This document shows positions 7,265 through 17,081 of a stretch of DNA of 32,505 bases, piece after piece. The DNA comes from a virus (lineage: Duplodnaviria; Caudoviricetes), in the IMG/VR virus record IMGVR_UViG_3300042393_000449, positions 1 to 32,505 of that record; one strand, 5' to 3'. The notes below the pieces were generated by a model. That model was not told the origin of the DNA. It searched no databases and saw only the letters and a list, made by a program, of their open reading frames with translations. How positions within the stretch are numbered: the stretch's first letter is position 1; every line of letters starts with the position of its first letter. The position numbers and the translations under genes were made by a program.

Positions 7265-8362
7265 ATGGAAAATTTAAAAAATTCTATTTCTGACGGCGTG
7301 GCCGAAGTTTTACTTTATGGGACCATTGGAACCGAAGAAATAAACGGCGCGCGTTTCGCTTCTACTATATCAATGTTAAACGATATGATCGACGTCAACG
7401 AAATAAACGTCCGTATCAATTCATCCGGCGGATCAGTTATCGAAGGACTTTCGATCTTTTCAGCGATTGCAAACTCTAAAAAACCATGTAATACAATCAA
7501 CGACGGGATCGCCGCGTCAATTGCCGGTATCATATTACAAGCCGGAGCGAAAAGATACGCGTCCGACTTTTCTAAAACAATGATCCACGAAGTATCGAAC
7601 GGAACGCAATACCAATTATTGCAGCCAAAACAAAAAGTAATGGTCGATTCGTTAAAAGATACTTTGTTAACGATTTTAGACAATAATTCAAAAATGGATC
7701 GCGCAATGTTAAACGATTGCATGACGGCCGAAACATGGTTCGATTCGAGCGAAGCATTAGAAAAAGGATTGATAGACGAAGTTATTAAAACGGGGCGCGT
7801 TTATAACGCTTCGGACGACATCGAATTAATGGTGAATGAATATTCAAAAAGTTTAATTATAAATCAGTTACAAATGGAAAACGTAAAAAACCATTTAGGA
7901 CTTGAAACAACGGCAAACGAGGAAACGATTATCGCGTCAATTGACACGATGAAAAATTCAATCGAAACGTTGACAAATTCAATTTCCGAAAATGAAGCGA
8001 CGATCGTCAAAAAAGACGAAGAAATCGAAGCGTTGAAATTAGCCAACAATTCTTTTAAAGAAGTGAACGCAATTTCAGCAGTTGAAAACGCAATTGAAAA
8101 GGGAATTTTCGACGTTGCAAAAAAAGACGAATTAATCGAACAAGCTAAAAACGATCTTGACGGATTCGTTAAAATGGTTGGAATGATTAAACCGCAAGTT
8201 GTTAAAGTAATGAACAACATTGAAAAAACTTCGAAGGCCGAAGGGAAAACATTCAGACAATTGGAAAAAGAAGATCCTAAATTTTTGGAAACTCTTAAGA
8301 ACGAAAGTCCTGAAGAATACGCGACGCTTTTTGAAGCGGAGTATGGAACAAAGTTAAATTAA
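7265..8362 (+). CDS. ClpP-type (S14) prohead protease fused to a helical scaffold-like region
   Basis: INSSGGSV, GIAASIA (Ser), TMIH (His), ETWF...EALEKGLIDEV; acidic coiled-coil C-half. Confidence 0.9.
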   Translation: MENLKNSISDGVAEVLLYGTIGTEEINGARFASTISMLNDMIDVNEINVRINSSGGSVIEGLSIFSAIANSKKPCNTINDGIAASIAGIILQAGAKRYASDFSKTMIHEVSNGTQYQLLQPKQKVMVDSLKDTLLTILDNNSKMDRAMLNDCMTAETWFDSSEALEKGLIDEVIKTGRVYNASDDIELMVNEYSKSLIINQLQMENVKNHLGLETTANEETIIASIDTMKNSIETLTNSISENEATIVKKDEEIEALKLANNSFKEVNAISAVENAIEKGIFDVAKKDELIEQAKNDLDGFVKMVGMIKPQVVKVMNNIEKTSKAEGKTFRQLEKEDPKFLETLKNESPEEYATLFEAEYGTKLN

Positions 8363-8380
8363 TTTTAAAGTCAAAAAAAA

Positions 8381-9301
8381 ATGGCAATTCAAACAGAAAT
8401 TTGGGTAAAAGACATCGAAGAAACTTTACACCAAGGAAGCGAATTTATCAAAATGGGAACGGATCATTCCGCTTTCGTTGTTGAAAACAAAACCGTACAT
8501 GTTCCGCAAAGTGGATCAGTTTCGGCAATTCAAAAAAATATTTCGTCTTTACCGGCGTCAATCACACAAAGAACAGATACTTTGTTGGATTACAACTTGA
8601 ATCAATATACAATTGATCCGGTTTTAGTAACGTCAATCGAAGAACTTCAAACGTCGTACATGAAACGTCAATCAGTAATGTCACAACACATCGCGACATT
8701 GAACGAACGTATCGGAACGGAAACGGCTTTCGAGTGGGCGCCAACAACGGACGCGGCTTTAGTATTGAGAACAACGGGCGCGGCTACTTCTTTGCTTCCA
8801 AACGCTACGGCAACGGGAACGAGAAAATTGATCACAAAGGCAGACGTCGCAAAAATGGCTCAAAAAATGGACCAGGACAACGTACCGTCTAACGACCGTG
8901 TTTTGGTTTTACCGGTTCAAATGTATTACGAATTGTTCGACCTTGACGCGTTGGTAAGAAACGACTTTGGGCGCGCTTTGGATATGATCAACGGCGAAGC
9001 AAACATGTTGTACGGTTTCAAAATTTTCAAACGTCCGACAACTGTTTCATACAACAACGCTGCGGCGGGAGTTAAAAAAGCAGTTGGAGCGGCAGACGCT
9101 GCGACTGATTGTGTTGGAGCGTTCGCGTTTCAAAAATCTTGCGTTGCTTCAGCGTTGGGAACTGTTAAGGTTTACGCGGAAGAAGGAAAAGCGGCTTACT
9201 ACGGTGACATCTTTTCAGCGGAAGTTATGCACGGGGCGAAGTACTTACGTACTGACTTAAAAGGTATCGTCGCTTTGGCGCAAGGTTACGTTGCACCATA
9301 A
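8381..9301 (+). CDS. Major capsid protein
   Basis: 306 aa directly after protease/scaffold; EIW start, MDQDNVP..DRVLV and LYGFKI motifs typical of HK97-fold capsids. Confidence 0.82.
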   Translation: MAIQTEIWVKDIEETLHQGSEFIKMGTDHSAFVVENKTVHVPQSGSVSAIQKNISSLPASITQRTDTLLDYNLNQYTIDPVLVTSIEELQTSYMKRQSVMSQHIATLNERIGTETAFEWAPTTDAALVLRTTGAATSLLPNATATGTRKLITKADVAKMAQKMDQDNVPSNDRVLVLPVQMYYELFDLDALVRNDFGRALDMINGEANMLYGFKIFKRPTTVSYNNAAAGVKKAVGAADAATDCVGAFAFQKSCVASALGTVKVYAEEGKAAYYGDIFSAEVMHGAKYLRTDLKGIVALAQGYVAP

Positions 9302-9313
9302 TTTCATTGAAAA

Positions 9314-9646
9314 ATGGAATCAAAAACAAAACTCAAAGAATTATTCGCGTCCTTCCCGGGCGCGAATGGTTTTTGTTTTACTTCGGACGGATCGTCTTTT
9401 GACGCAAAGGATTATACTTTCGCGTGCGCGCACTCTCAAAGATTAGAAGATCAAAAAATCGTCGTTATTTGTAAAGATGAAAAATTTCTAAAAGAAAAAA
9501 AACATCTATTTTTTAGCGGTTCGAAATGGTCATTTGAATTGGAAGGTATAGAAGTAATGCAGCACAAAACACGCGGATTAAACAACGCGGAAAAAAAAGC
9601 GCTTAAATTGGCTAAGGAAGCCGAAGCGAAAAAAGAAAATTTATAA
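9314..9646 (+). CDS. Hypothetical protein (probably structural)
   Basis: 110-aa ORF between capsid and sheath. Confidence 0.6.
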   Translation: MESKTKLKELFASFPGANGFCFTSDGSSFDAKDYTFACAHSQRLEDQKIVVICKDEKFLKEKKHLFFSGSKWSFELEGIEVMQHKTRGLNNAEKKALKLAKEAEAKKENL

Positions 9647-9657
9647 AAATTAAATAA

Positions 9658-10842
9658 ATGGCACTTTCACAAATTACGATTAATAGAGGTCAAGGCGGCT
9701 TAGGGCGTCCGTTGACTTCAAACGATCATATTTCCGGGTTCACAATGCCGTTTGTCAACGCTAATTTACCGGCGGGATTTACAACAACTGACAGAATCAA
9801 AGTTGTTTATTCAATCGCGGAATTGGAAGCGTTGGGAGTTGCAGAAGGAGCGACAAACATGAAACGCCTTTGGTATCATGTTAATCAATTCTTTTTAATT
9901 CAGCCAAACGGAAAATTGTATGTTCAGTTGACGGATTCAACGGCGATCACATACCTGGAAACGGTTACTTTGCAAAACTTCGCAAACGGCGAGATCAAAC
10001 AGATCGCATATTACGACGGACAAACAACTTTCGCGAGTGGTAACGTTACGACATTACAAACGGGCGCGACGACCTTAGAAAACCAACAAACACCGGTTTC
10101 GATCATTTATACAGCGAATTTTCAAGCTACTTCTTCGCTTTCAACTTTACCGGATCTTCGCGCTTTGTCTGCGAAAAACGTTTCTGTTTGTGTTGGCGAA
10201 GACGGGGCGTCCACGGGTGCAGCGTTGGCAATTTCGGAAGCAAAGTCGCTTTCATGTATCGGTACTTTATTAGGCGCGATTTCTTTGTCTTCAGTTCATG
10301 AAAATATCGGTTGGATTGAAAAATTTAATCTAGTTCAAGGCTTGGAATTAGATGAACCGGCGTTTACAATTGGAACGGGTACGGTATTGGCTAAAAACCA
10401 AACAAGCGCGGCGCTTACATCGTTAAACGATTACGGTTATATCTTTATTAAGAAACAAATCGGAGTAAACGGAACGTATTTTAACGACGCACCGACGGCG
10501 ATCGCAGCAACAAGCGACTACGCTTACATCGAATCGAATAGAACGATTGACAAAGCGATTCGCGGAATTAACGCGAAAATGCTTCCTAACTTAAATTCGC
10601 CGTTATACGTAACGAACGCGGGACTATTGACGGAAGACGTTATCGCGAAGTTTAAAAACGATTGTTCTTTGGCCTTGGAATCGATGGACGTAGACGGCGA
10701 AATTTCAGCGTTTAAAGTGACAATTAACCCGCTTCAAAACGTTTTATCTACGGGTAAAATCTCAATAGGCGTGAAAATTGTTCCGGTTGGCGTTGCACGT
10801 CAAATAGAAATAAATATCGGCTTCGCCGTAAAAGTATCTTAA
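9658..10842 (+). CDS. Tail sheath protein (DUF2586-like)
   Basis: LNDYGYIF, GTYFND, DYAYIESNRTIDKAIR, VPVGVARQIEINIGF; 394 aa followed by a tube-sized gene. Confidence 0.85.
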   Translation: MALSQITINRGQGGLGRPLTSNDHISGFTMPFVNANLPAGFTTTDRIKVVYSIAELEALGVAEGATNMKRLWYHVNQFFLIQPNGKLYVQLTDSTAITYLETVTLQNFANGEIKQIAYYDGQTTFASGNVTTLQTGATTLENQQTPVSIIYTANFQATSSLSTLPDLRALSAKNVSVCVGEDGASTGAALAISEAKSLSCIGTLLGAISLSSVHENIGWIEKFNLVQGLELDEPAFTIGTGTVLAKNQTSAALTSLNDYGYIFIKKQIGVNGTYFNDAPTAIAATSDYAYIESNRTIDKAIRGINAKMLPNLNSPLYVTNAGLLTEDVIAKFKNDCSLALESMDVDGEISAFKVTINPLQNVLSTGKISIGVKIVPVGVARQIEINIGFAVKVS

Positions 10843-10860
10843 TTTAAAAATTGAAAATAT

Positions 10861-11274
10861 ATGACACCATTAATTAACGGTAAAGCTTACGATTTTTCAG
10901 ACATTATCGTAACTATCTTAGGGGTTCCGGTTGCTTCAGTTTCGGCGATTAAGTACAAAGAGGAACAAGAAAAGAAAAACAACTACGGCGCGGGCGATCG
11001 TCCGGTTTCACGTGGAAAAGGCGCGATCGAAGCGGACGCTTCTTTTGATATATCAATGAACGACGTCGAAGCGATTCGCGCCGTTGCTTTGGACGGATCA
11101 CTTTTGAAGGTCCCGGCGTTTGATATTGTCGTTTTCTTCGGAAATGGAGCGAACCCGGTTACACACGTTTTAAAGAATTGCGAATTTCTTTCTGACGGCG
11201 TGGAGGTTTCACAAGGGGACACAGATACAAAAAGATCTTTCGATTTGGTTATTTCACATATCGTGTGGCAATAA
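10861..11274 (+). CDS. Tail tube protein
   Basis: 137 aa, INGKAYDFSDI...YGAG..PVSRGKG; follows sheath. Confidence 0.82.
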   Translation: MTPLINGKAYDFSDIIVTILGVPVASVSAIKYKEEQEKKNNYGAGDRPVSRGKGAIEADASFDISMNDVEAIRAVALDGSLLKVPAFDIVVFFGNGANPVTHVLKNCEFLSDGVEVSQGDTDTKRSFDLVISHIVWQ

Positions 11275-11299
11275 TAAAAATCAAACAATGATTTTTTAG

Positions 11300-11331
11300 A
11301 AGCGCCGTATTAATTTACGGCGCTTTTTTTT
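11300..11331 (+). terminator. Intrinsic terminator (31/32 identical to 2421-2452)
   Basis: AAGCGCCGTA-TTAATT-TACGGCGCTT with T8. Confidence 0.85.
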
Positions 11332-11332
11332 A

Positions 11333-11340
11333 TATCTTTG
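11333..11340 (+). promoter_or_regulatory. Possible -7 promoter element for the chaperone/tape-measure operon
   Basis: TATCTTTG immediately after the terminator, 23 nt before ATG 11364. Confidence 0.45.
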
Positions 11341-11363
11341 ATATTCATTAAAAACAAAACAAA

Positions 11364-11666
11364 ATGAAAAAAGAATTAACGGTCCCGGTTGGGACAAAAT
11401 TTCAGTTAGAAATTGAAGACAACGACGGAACAATGAAAACTTGTTTTTTGAAATCGATTAGCCGTCCAATTATGGAACGCGCCCTGGGTTTAATTATGCC
11501 AATACAAGGCGCGCCGAAATTAATCACGGCCGGCGAAATTGTTTTAAACGGTTGTTGGATAAGTGGCGACGAAGAAATTCGAACAAATGAAGATTTAAAA
11601 ATTGAAGCATGTTTAAAAGTTATTGAATTAATCGAAAGAAAAAATTCAACGCTAAAAAAGTTTTAA
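11364..11666 (+). CDS. Tail assembly chaperone (gpG analogue)
   Basis: 100 aa after the tube gene; ends on slippery heptamer A-AAA-AAG. Confidence 0.78.
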   Translation: MKKELTVPVGTKFQLEIEDNDGTMKTCFLKSISRPIMERALGLIMPIQGAPKLITAGEIVLNGCWISGDEEIRTNEDLKIEACLKVIELIERKNSTLKKF

Positions 11667-11848
11667 AGAAGTTTGAAATTAACAACGAAGACGGCGCCGA
11701 CGAAATTAGAAAAATGTCGGCGTTAATTCGATTTCATTTTAAGATAAATCCGGACGATTTAAGCGATTCGGATTTTTCGCGGACATGGAACGACCTTCGT
11801 TATTGTTTAGACTTCGAAAACAAGCGAAACGCCTTAGATATGCCGTAA
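11364..11848 (+). CDS. Extended chaperone (gpGT analogue) made by -1 ribosomal frameshift at 11654-11660
   Basis: -1 frame open from 11660 to TAA 11846-11848: VLKKFEINNEDGADEIRKMSALIRFHFKINPDDLSDSDFSRTWNDLRYCLDFENKRNALDMP. Confidence 0.8.
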
Positions 11849-11863
11849 TAAAAATAAAAGAAC

Positions 11864-13276
11864 ATGAATATTTACAAAAAAGGAAATTACATCGAGTTTT
11901 TAAACGAAGCGGAAAACATTCTTCAACGTCGAAGATCAATCGATATTCGTTTCGAAAAAGACAGTCAATCGGCGGTAATTTACAAAGTATTTTATAATGA
12001 CGTTTTATTTTTAACGATTCCGTTTGCGGAAATCGAAGACGAAACAAATACCGTTTACGCTAGCCAGGCAATTTTTGACGCGTGGCATACCGAGAACACG
12101 GGTTTTAATCCGGCCACGGGCGGAAGCGTGGCGGACGTACTTGTTTACGTCACTAATAAAATAGACCTACCTTTGGCCGTGAACGGCGTCATTACATTGG
12201 CAGCGAACGCGACATATTTTTTTACTAAAACGGTCGATTTAACCGGCGATCGTTTAGTTTGTGGCGCGAATACGACTATTTTAGGTTTTAGTTCAGAAAA
12301 TTGTAAAATAATTTCGACGGGTTTAAGCTCTTCGACGGCGTTAATTTCTTCGAGTTATTCTTTACCTATAAGAAACATCGCTTTTACAAGTGGCACTGTT
12401 TTAAATTTAGTCGGCGATAGTGTAACGACGGCCCTAGATTGGCACGGCGTTAATTTTGTCGATTGTCCGACGGTTGGACTTATAAAAGATTATTCAAATG
12501 TCATTTTAGAAACGGGCGCGTTTTTAAATTCCGCAAATTTAACAATCGACGGAACAATCGGAACGGTCGGAATAAACAATAATTTATTTGACGGTCGAAC
12601 GGGACAAACAACGATTATCGTTGCACCTACGGCAATTATTACGCGACGTCTTCGAATCATTTATTCGTCATTCGTTTGCTTAAGCGGTGAAACGGCGATA
12701 AACGTCAGCGCTTCGGCTACAATTGCAGACGAAAGATATATTTTAGATACTGTTAATTTTTCGGGCGGTGGGACCTATTTAACGGGAGTAACTGAAACAA
12801 GTAATAAGGCGCTTTTTTCGGGTTGCGTAGGTATTACAAACGCGGCCGTAAACGGTCAATTGTACATGCAAAGCAACGCGACGGCGACAGTTATAAGCGC
12901 TTCAAATACATTTTATAAGGTTTTAGGAACAACAACGGCAAGCGCCGACAATTCAAAATACACACACACAAATAACAGATTGACGAACGCGGCGAATGTC
13001 AGTCGAAAATATTTGATACAATGCGTTTTGTCTTTTACAAGTGGCGCGACGCATGTTTGCGAGTTCGGTTTTTACGATAGTAAGTTAGACGCTATTAGAA
13101 CGCCGTCAAAAACGAAGGCGACATCGAACGCCGGAGGGCGCGCGGAAAACGTTTCATTTGCATGCGTTGTCAGTCATTCGAACGGGGATTTTATCGAGAT
13201 CCATGCCGCGAACAATACGTCGGCGCAAAATTTAACCATTACGGATATGAATTTTCTAATTACAGAAATAAAATAA
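11864..13276 (+). CDS. Putative virion spike/fibre-like protein (beta-helix-like core, beta-sandwich C-terminus)
   Basis: 470 aa, T/N/S/G-rich beta-strand repeats; fold inferred by eye. Confidence 0.5.
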   Translation: MNIYKKGNYIEFLNEAENILQRRRSIDIRFEKDSQSAVIYKVFYNDVLFLTIPFAEIEDETNTVYASQAIFDAWHTENTGFNPATGGSVADVLVYVTNKIDLPLAVNGVITLAANATYFFTKTVDLTGDRLVCGANTTILGFSSENCKIISTGLSSSTALISSSYSLPIRNIAFTSGTVLNLVGDSVTTALDWHGVNFVDCPTVGLIKDYSNVILETGAFLNSANLTIDGTIGTVGINNNLFDGRTGQTTIIVAPTAIITRRLRIIYSSFVCLSGETAINVSASATIADERYILDTVNFSGGGTYLTGVTETSNKALFSGCVGITNAAVNGQLYMQSNATATVISASNTFYKVLGTTTASADNSKYTHTNNRLTNAANVSRKYLIQCVLSFTSGATHVCEFGFYDSKLDAIRTPSKTKATSNAGGRAENVSFACVVSHSNGDFIEIHAANNTSAQNLTITDMNFLITEIK

Positions 13277-13279
13277 ACT

Positions 13280-14956
13280 ATGTCAGCAAATAGAGAAGAA
13301 TATATAATTTCGTTAATCGATCAAGGCGTTTCGAGGGGTTTAAAAGACATTTCGCGAACCGTGACGGATCTTCGGTCCAAAATGGGCGGTTTAGATTCTA
13401 CGGTCCAACAAACGAGCGGCGGAATGTCTTCTTTGTCAAAATTGGCGCTTCGATTCGGCGCCGTGGCCGGGATTGGTTATTTAGGGAAACAAATTTGGGA
13501 CCTGGGAACCGGAATGGAGCAAACGAAAGTCGCTTTTTCTACTTTCATGGGCGACGCGGAAGCCGCAAATACTTTGATCGGACAATTAAACGAGTTCGCC
13601 AACATTACGCCGTTCGATAATGCCGAAGTATTGAAGTCGGGACAAATGTTATTAAGCGCGGGATTAGCCGGCGACGAAGTAACGGAATCGCTTCGTATGA
13701 TCGGCGACGTCGCTTCCGGGGTTGCTATGCCTTTGGAAGATTTATCGCAAATCTACATGAAGGCGATGAACAAAGGGAAATTACAAGCCGAAGAATTGAA
13801 TCAAATGTCGGAGCGCGGTATTCCTTTGATGCAAGAACTCGCGAGAATGACGGGCAAAAGTAAAGGCGAAATTTATAAATTGGCCGAAACGGGCGCGATT
13901 ACTTCCGACATCGTACAACAAGCGTTTCAAAATATGACGGGCGCGGGCGGTATGTATCATAATATGATGGATAAACAATCGAAAACGGTAGGCGGTCGAT
14001 TTTCTACATTAATCGGTAAACTTCAAACTATTGGAATCGCAATCGGTGAAGCGTTGCTTCCGGTTATTGGCGCGTTTGTTGACTTCGCGGTTTTAATCGT
14101 ATCAAATAAAAAATTATTAAAAGATTTAGCGATCGTTGTCGGTATATTGTCCGGCGCGTTTTTAGTTTATAAAATTGCTACAATTGCCGCGACTTTATGG
14201 ACGGGTGGATTTACCGCGTCGATGGCGTCTTTAAACGCTATATTGTACGCCAATCCGATTGGGTTGGTTATTGCAGCTATTGCGATACTCGTTACCGGCG
14301 TAGTGTTGGCGATTCGTCACTTCGACACCTGGGGACAAACACTTTTATTTTTAATGGGGCCTTTTGGTAGGCTTATTTCATTTATTAAAAGATTATACGA
14401 CGGTTGGGAAAAGGTGAAAAAGGGATTTTCTTCGGGCAGCCTTATTGGCGGACTAAAAGAAATCGGACGAATCTTATTAGACACAGTTCTTTCGCCACTT
14501 GAAAAAATAGCGGAATTATTAGGGTTCGATTCGGCGGTCGAAGGAATAAAGAAATTAAAAAGGGCGTCCGGAATTGACGAAGATTTCCGCAACGGCGGAA
14601 AAACGGTCACAGCGGTTACCGGCATGGGATTACTCCCGGAAAAAGAATTTAGCGGCTTAGATTGGATTCGAAAAGTCGCGCCAAAAGTACAAACAGAAAA
14701 AGAACGAACGCCCGACGGCGGCCTTCAATTAAACGCCGTTTCTAAAATAAAGAAAACAAAAAAAGCGTCGAATATTTCGTCGGGACTTTCAGAAATTCAG
14801 AACGGCGCGCCGAAGACATTTAATATTAATATCGGATCATTGATAAAAGAACAGTCATTCACGCAAGTAAAGGACCTTAGCGACATTAAAAATATAATTA
14901 AAGACGAAGTATCAAAACTTTTGTTGGGGGTTGTTAATAACGTACAAACGACGTAA
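13280..14956 (+). CDS. Tape measure protein
   Basis: FA..TPF, LRMIGDVASG, GKLQAEELNQMSERGIP motifs; ANPIGLVIAAI hydrophobic region. Confidence 0.92.
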   Translation: MSANREEYIISLIDQGVSRGLKDISRTVTDLRSKMGGLDSTVQQTSGGMSSLSKLALRFGAVAGIGYLGKQIWDLGTGMEQTKVAFSTFMGDAEAANTLIGQLNEFANITPFDNAEVLKSGQMLLSAGLAGDEVTESLRMIGDVASGVAMPLEDLSQIYMKAMNKGKLQAEELNQMSERGIPLMQELARMTGKSKGEIYKLAETGAITSDIVQQAFQNMTGAGGMYHNMMDKQSKTVGGRFSTLIGKLQTIGIAIGEALLPVIGAFVDFAVLIVSNKKLLKDLAIVVGILSGAFLVYKIATIAATLWTGGFTASMASLNAILYANPIGLVIAAIAILVTGVVLAIRHFDTWGQTLLFLMGPFGRLISFIKRLYDGWEKVKKGFSSGSLIGGLKEIGRILLDTVLSPLEKIAELLGFDSAVEGIKKLKRASGIDEDFRNGGKTVTAVTGMGLLPEKEFSGLDWIRKVAPKVQTEKERTPDGGLQLNAVSKIKKTKKASNISSGLSEIQNGAPKTFNINIGSLIKEQSFTQVKDLSDIKNIIKDEVSKLLLGVVNNVQTT

Positions 14957-14958
14957 AA

Positions 14959-15525
14959 ATGAAGAAAGTATTTAATAAGATCGACGCCAAAGGTACGATT
15001 TTGGGATTCGTAAAAACGAAGGCTTTTGTCGCGTCGTCGACGGATAAAGATAAGCCTATAAAAATGTCGTATTTAGGTACGGCGGTTTTTTCTAATTTAG
15101 AAATTAAGCCTTTTAACTACGAAACATTAGCCGGCGAACAAATAGAGGTAAAAAAAGGAATTATTATCGATACCGTTTTATTTTCTGTTTCGCAAAGTAA
15201 AAACATTGTAACGACGCCAATTCAAGGGCGCGACGGAACTGTCAAAGAATATATTTCTATGGGCGATTATAATATTTCTATTGAAGGAAAAATTGTTTCA
15301 CGAAACAACGACTATCCGGCCGACGAAGTGAACGAATTAATACAGATTTTAAATTCGCCGGTATCGATTAAAATAATATCGGAATTTTTGTCTTTTTTTG
15401 GGATTCACGAATCAGTTGTCGAAAATTACGATTTCCCACAAATGGAAGGTTTTCGCAATACACAAGATTTTTCGATTTCTTTATTATCAGATACGCCGGT
15501 CGAACTTCAAACAGATGAATTTTGA
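14959..15525 (+). CDS. Baseplate / tube-initiator protein (DUF6046-like)
   Basis: KNIVTTPIQGRDGTVKEYISMGDYNISIEG motif; follows tape measure. Confidence 0.75.
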   Translation: MKKVFNKIDAKGTILGFVKTKAFVASSTDKDKPIKMSYLGTAVFSNLEIKPFNYETLAGEQIEVKKGIIIDTVLFSVSQSKNIVTTPIQGRDGTVKEYISMGDYNISIEGKIVSRNNDYPADEVNELIQILNSPVSIKIISEFLSFFGIHESVVENYDFPQMEGFRNTQDFSISLLSDTPVELQTDEF

Positions 15526-16553
15526 AAAGATTACATTCTAAAATAACAATAGGTCAAAACGTTTTTAATTTCGTCAACGAAGTTGAAATCACTTCGACAT
15601 GGAAGGAATTAACGGATAATTGTTCGATCACTTTGCCGAAGAAGATCACAAAAGGTGACGAAAGTGTTTTTATTGGCGAAAGGTCGATTTTTAAGCGTGG
15701 CGACGTTGTAAAGGTTGAATTAGGTTATTATCCGGAATTAACGACGTATTTCGAAGGATATATCGATCGTTTATCTTTGTCGACGCCGGTCGTTATTCAT
15801 TGCGAAAACGAAATGTGGAAATTAAAACAATATTCGATTACGAAAAGCTATAAATCCGTAAACGTCAACACTTTATTAACAGACATATTAAAAGGCGTCG
15901 ATTTTGACAAAAACGATTCAAACGCGGAAATCGGATCATTTAGAATGACGAACGTCACGCCGGTAAACGTATTAGAAGAACTCAAAAAAACGTATTCTTT
16001 GGAATCATTTTTTAAAGGAAAAACGCTTTTTTGCGGCCTTACTTACGTTCCGAAATTTACGAAGGTTTTTAATATAACATTTGAACGAAATGTCGTCGAT
16101 CATTCTTTAGAATGGAAAAACGAATCGGACATTAAAATAAAATTAAAAGCTATTTCAATGATGCCGGATAATTCGAAGATCGAAATCGAAGTCGGCGACG
16201 TTGACGGCGAAGCCAGGACCGGACATTATTATAATTTAACAGAAAAGCAACTTCGCGACATTGCGACGCGTGAAATTCCGAAGTATAAGTTTACCGGGTT
16301 TCGTGGATCCTTCGTTACTTTTGGCGATAAAAAGATCAGTCACGGCGACGTCATTCAATTACGATCTTTAAAATTTCCCGAACAAAACGGATTTTATTTC
16401 GTCGATTCGTCGACGACTTCCTTCGGACAAAATGGATTCCGTCAAAACATTGAATTAGGACGAAAAGCGATCGTCGGGACCGACTTTCAACAAAGCGACG
16501 TTACAAACTATGAATTAACCGCCTTTGGCGCGCCGTTCTTAATTTTCGAATAA
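15522..16553 (+). CDS. Baseplate hub protein (P2 gpD / Mu gp44-like)
   Basis: 343 aa; LTDNCSITLP, GDVVKVELGY, GFRQNIELG; synteny; TTG start overlapping the previous stop. Confidence 0.75.
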   Translation: MKRLHSKITIGQNVFNFVNEVEITSTWKELTDNCSITLPKKITKGDESVFIGERSIFKRGDVVKVELGYYPELTTYFEGYIDRLSLSTPVVIHCENEMWKLKQYSITKSYKSVNVNTLLTDILKGVDFDKNDSNAEIGSFRMTNVTPVNVLEELKKTYSLESFFKGKTLFCGLTYVPKFTKVFNITFERNVVDHSLEWKNESDIKIKLKAISMMPDNSKIEIEVGDVDGEARTGHYYNLTEKQLRDIATREIPKYKFTGFRGSFVTFGDKKISHGDVIQLRSLKFPEQNGFYFVDSSTTSFGQNGFRQNIELGRKAIVGTDFQQSDVTNYELTAFGAPFLIFE

Positions 16554-17077
16554 TGGAAAATATAAAACAATTATTGCAAAACATCGTAAAAGATCCGACG
16601 GTCGAAAACTATTCGATTGTTTGTTCTGTTTTGGAATGCGACGAAGCCGAACGAAGCGTCGACGTTCAGCCGTTAAACGGTGACGCGGAAATCTTCGGCG
16701 TTCGTCTTCAAAGCGAATTTAATTCGACGGCGGGATTTTGTTTAATTCCTTCCGTTGGATCGGTTGTTATTGTGACGTTTTTAAATAACAAAACCGGGTA
16801 CGTTTCGACCTTTTCAGAAATTGCGAAGGTCCTTATAAATTGCGACGAAATAACGTTCAACGACGGGACAAATAACGGAATTGTCAAAATTGATCCTTTA
16901 GTCAATAAAATAAACGCTTTGGAAAACAAATTAAATTCGTTAATTTCAGCATGTCAATCGCAAGTCGTGACGTTAGCGCCGGCCGGCGCGTTTCCAATGG
17001 CGCCGTTTTTTGCTTCGGTTACGCCGTTGCTTAATACGGTTGTGAATGATCTTGAAAACACAAAAATAAAACATTGA
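16553..17077 (+). CDS. Baseplate spike (gpV-like)
   Basis: OB-fold-like N-terminus with PSVGSVVIV; C-terminal His; synteny. Confidence 0.68.
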   Translation: MENIKQLLQNIVKDPTVENYSIVCSVLECDEAERSVDVQPLNGDAEIFGVRLQSEFNSTAGFCLIPSVGSVVIVTFLNNKTGYVSTFSEIAKVLINCDEITFNDGTNNGIVKIDPLVNKINALENKLNSLISACQSQVVTLAPAGAFPMAPFFASVTPLLNTVVNDLENTKIKH

Positions 17078-17081
17078 TAAA

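Noticed and set aside
11785-11997. Track ORF of 70 aa (and antisense 11739-12047)
   Set aside because: Overlaps both the frameshift extension and the 11864 gene; no recognisable features
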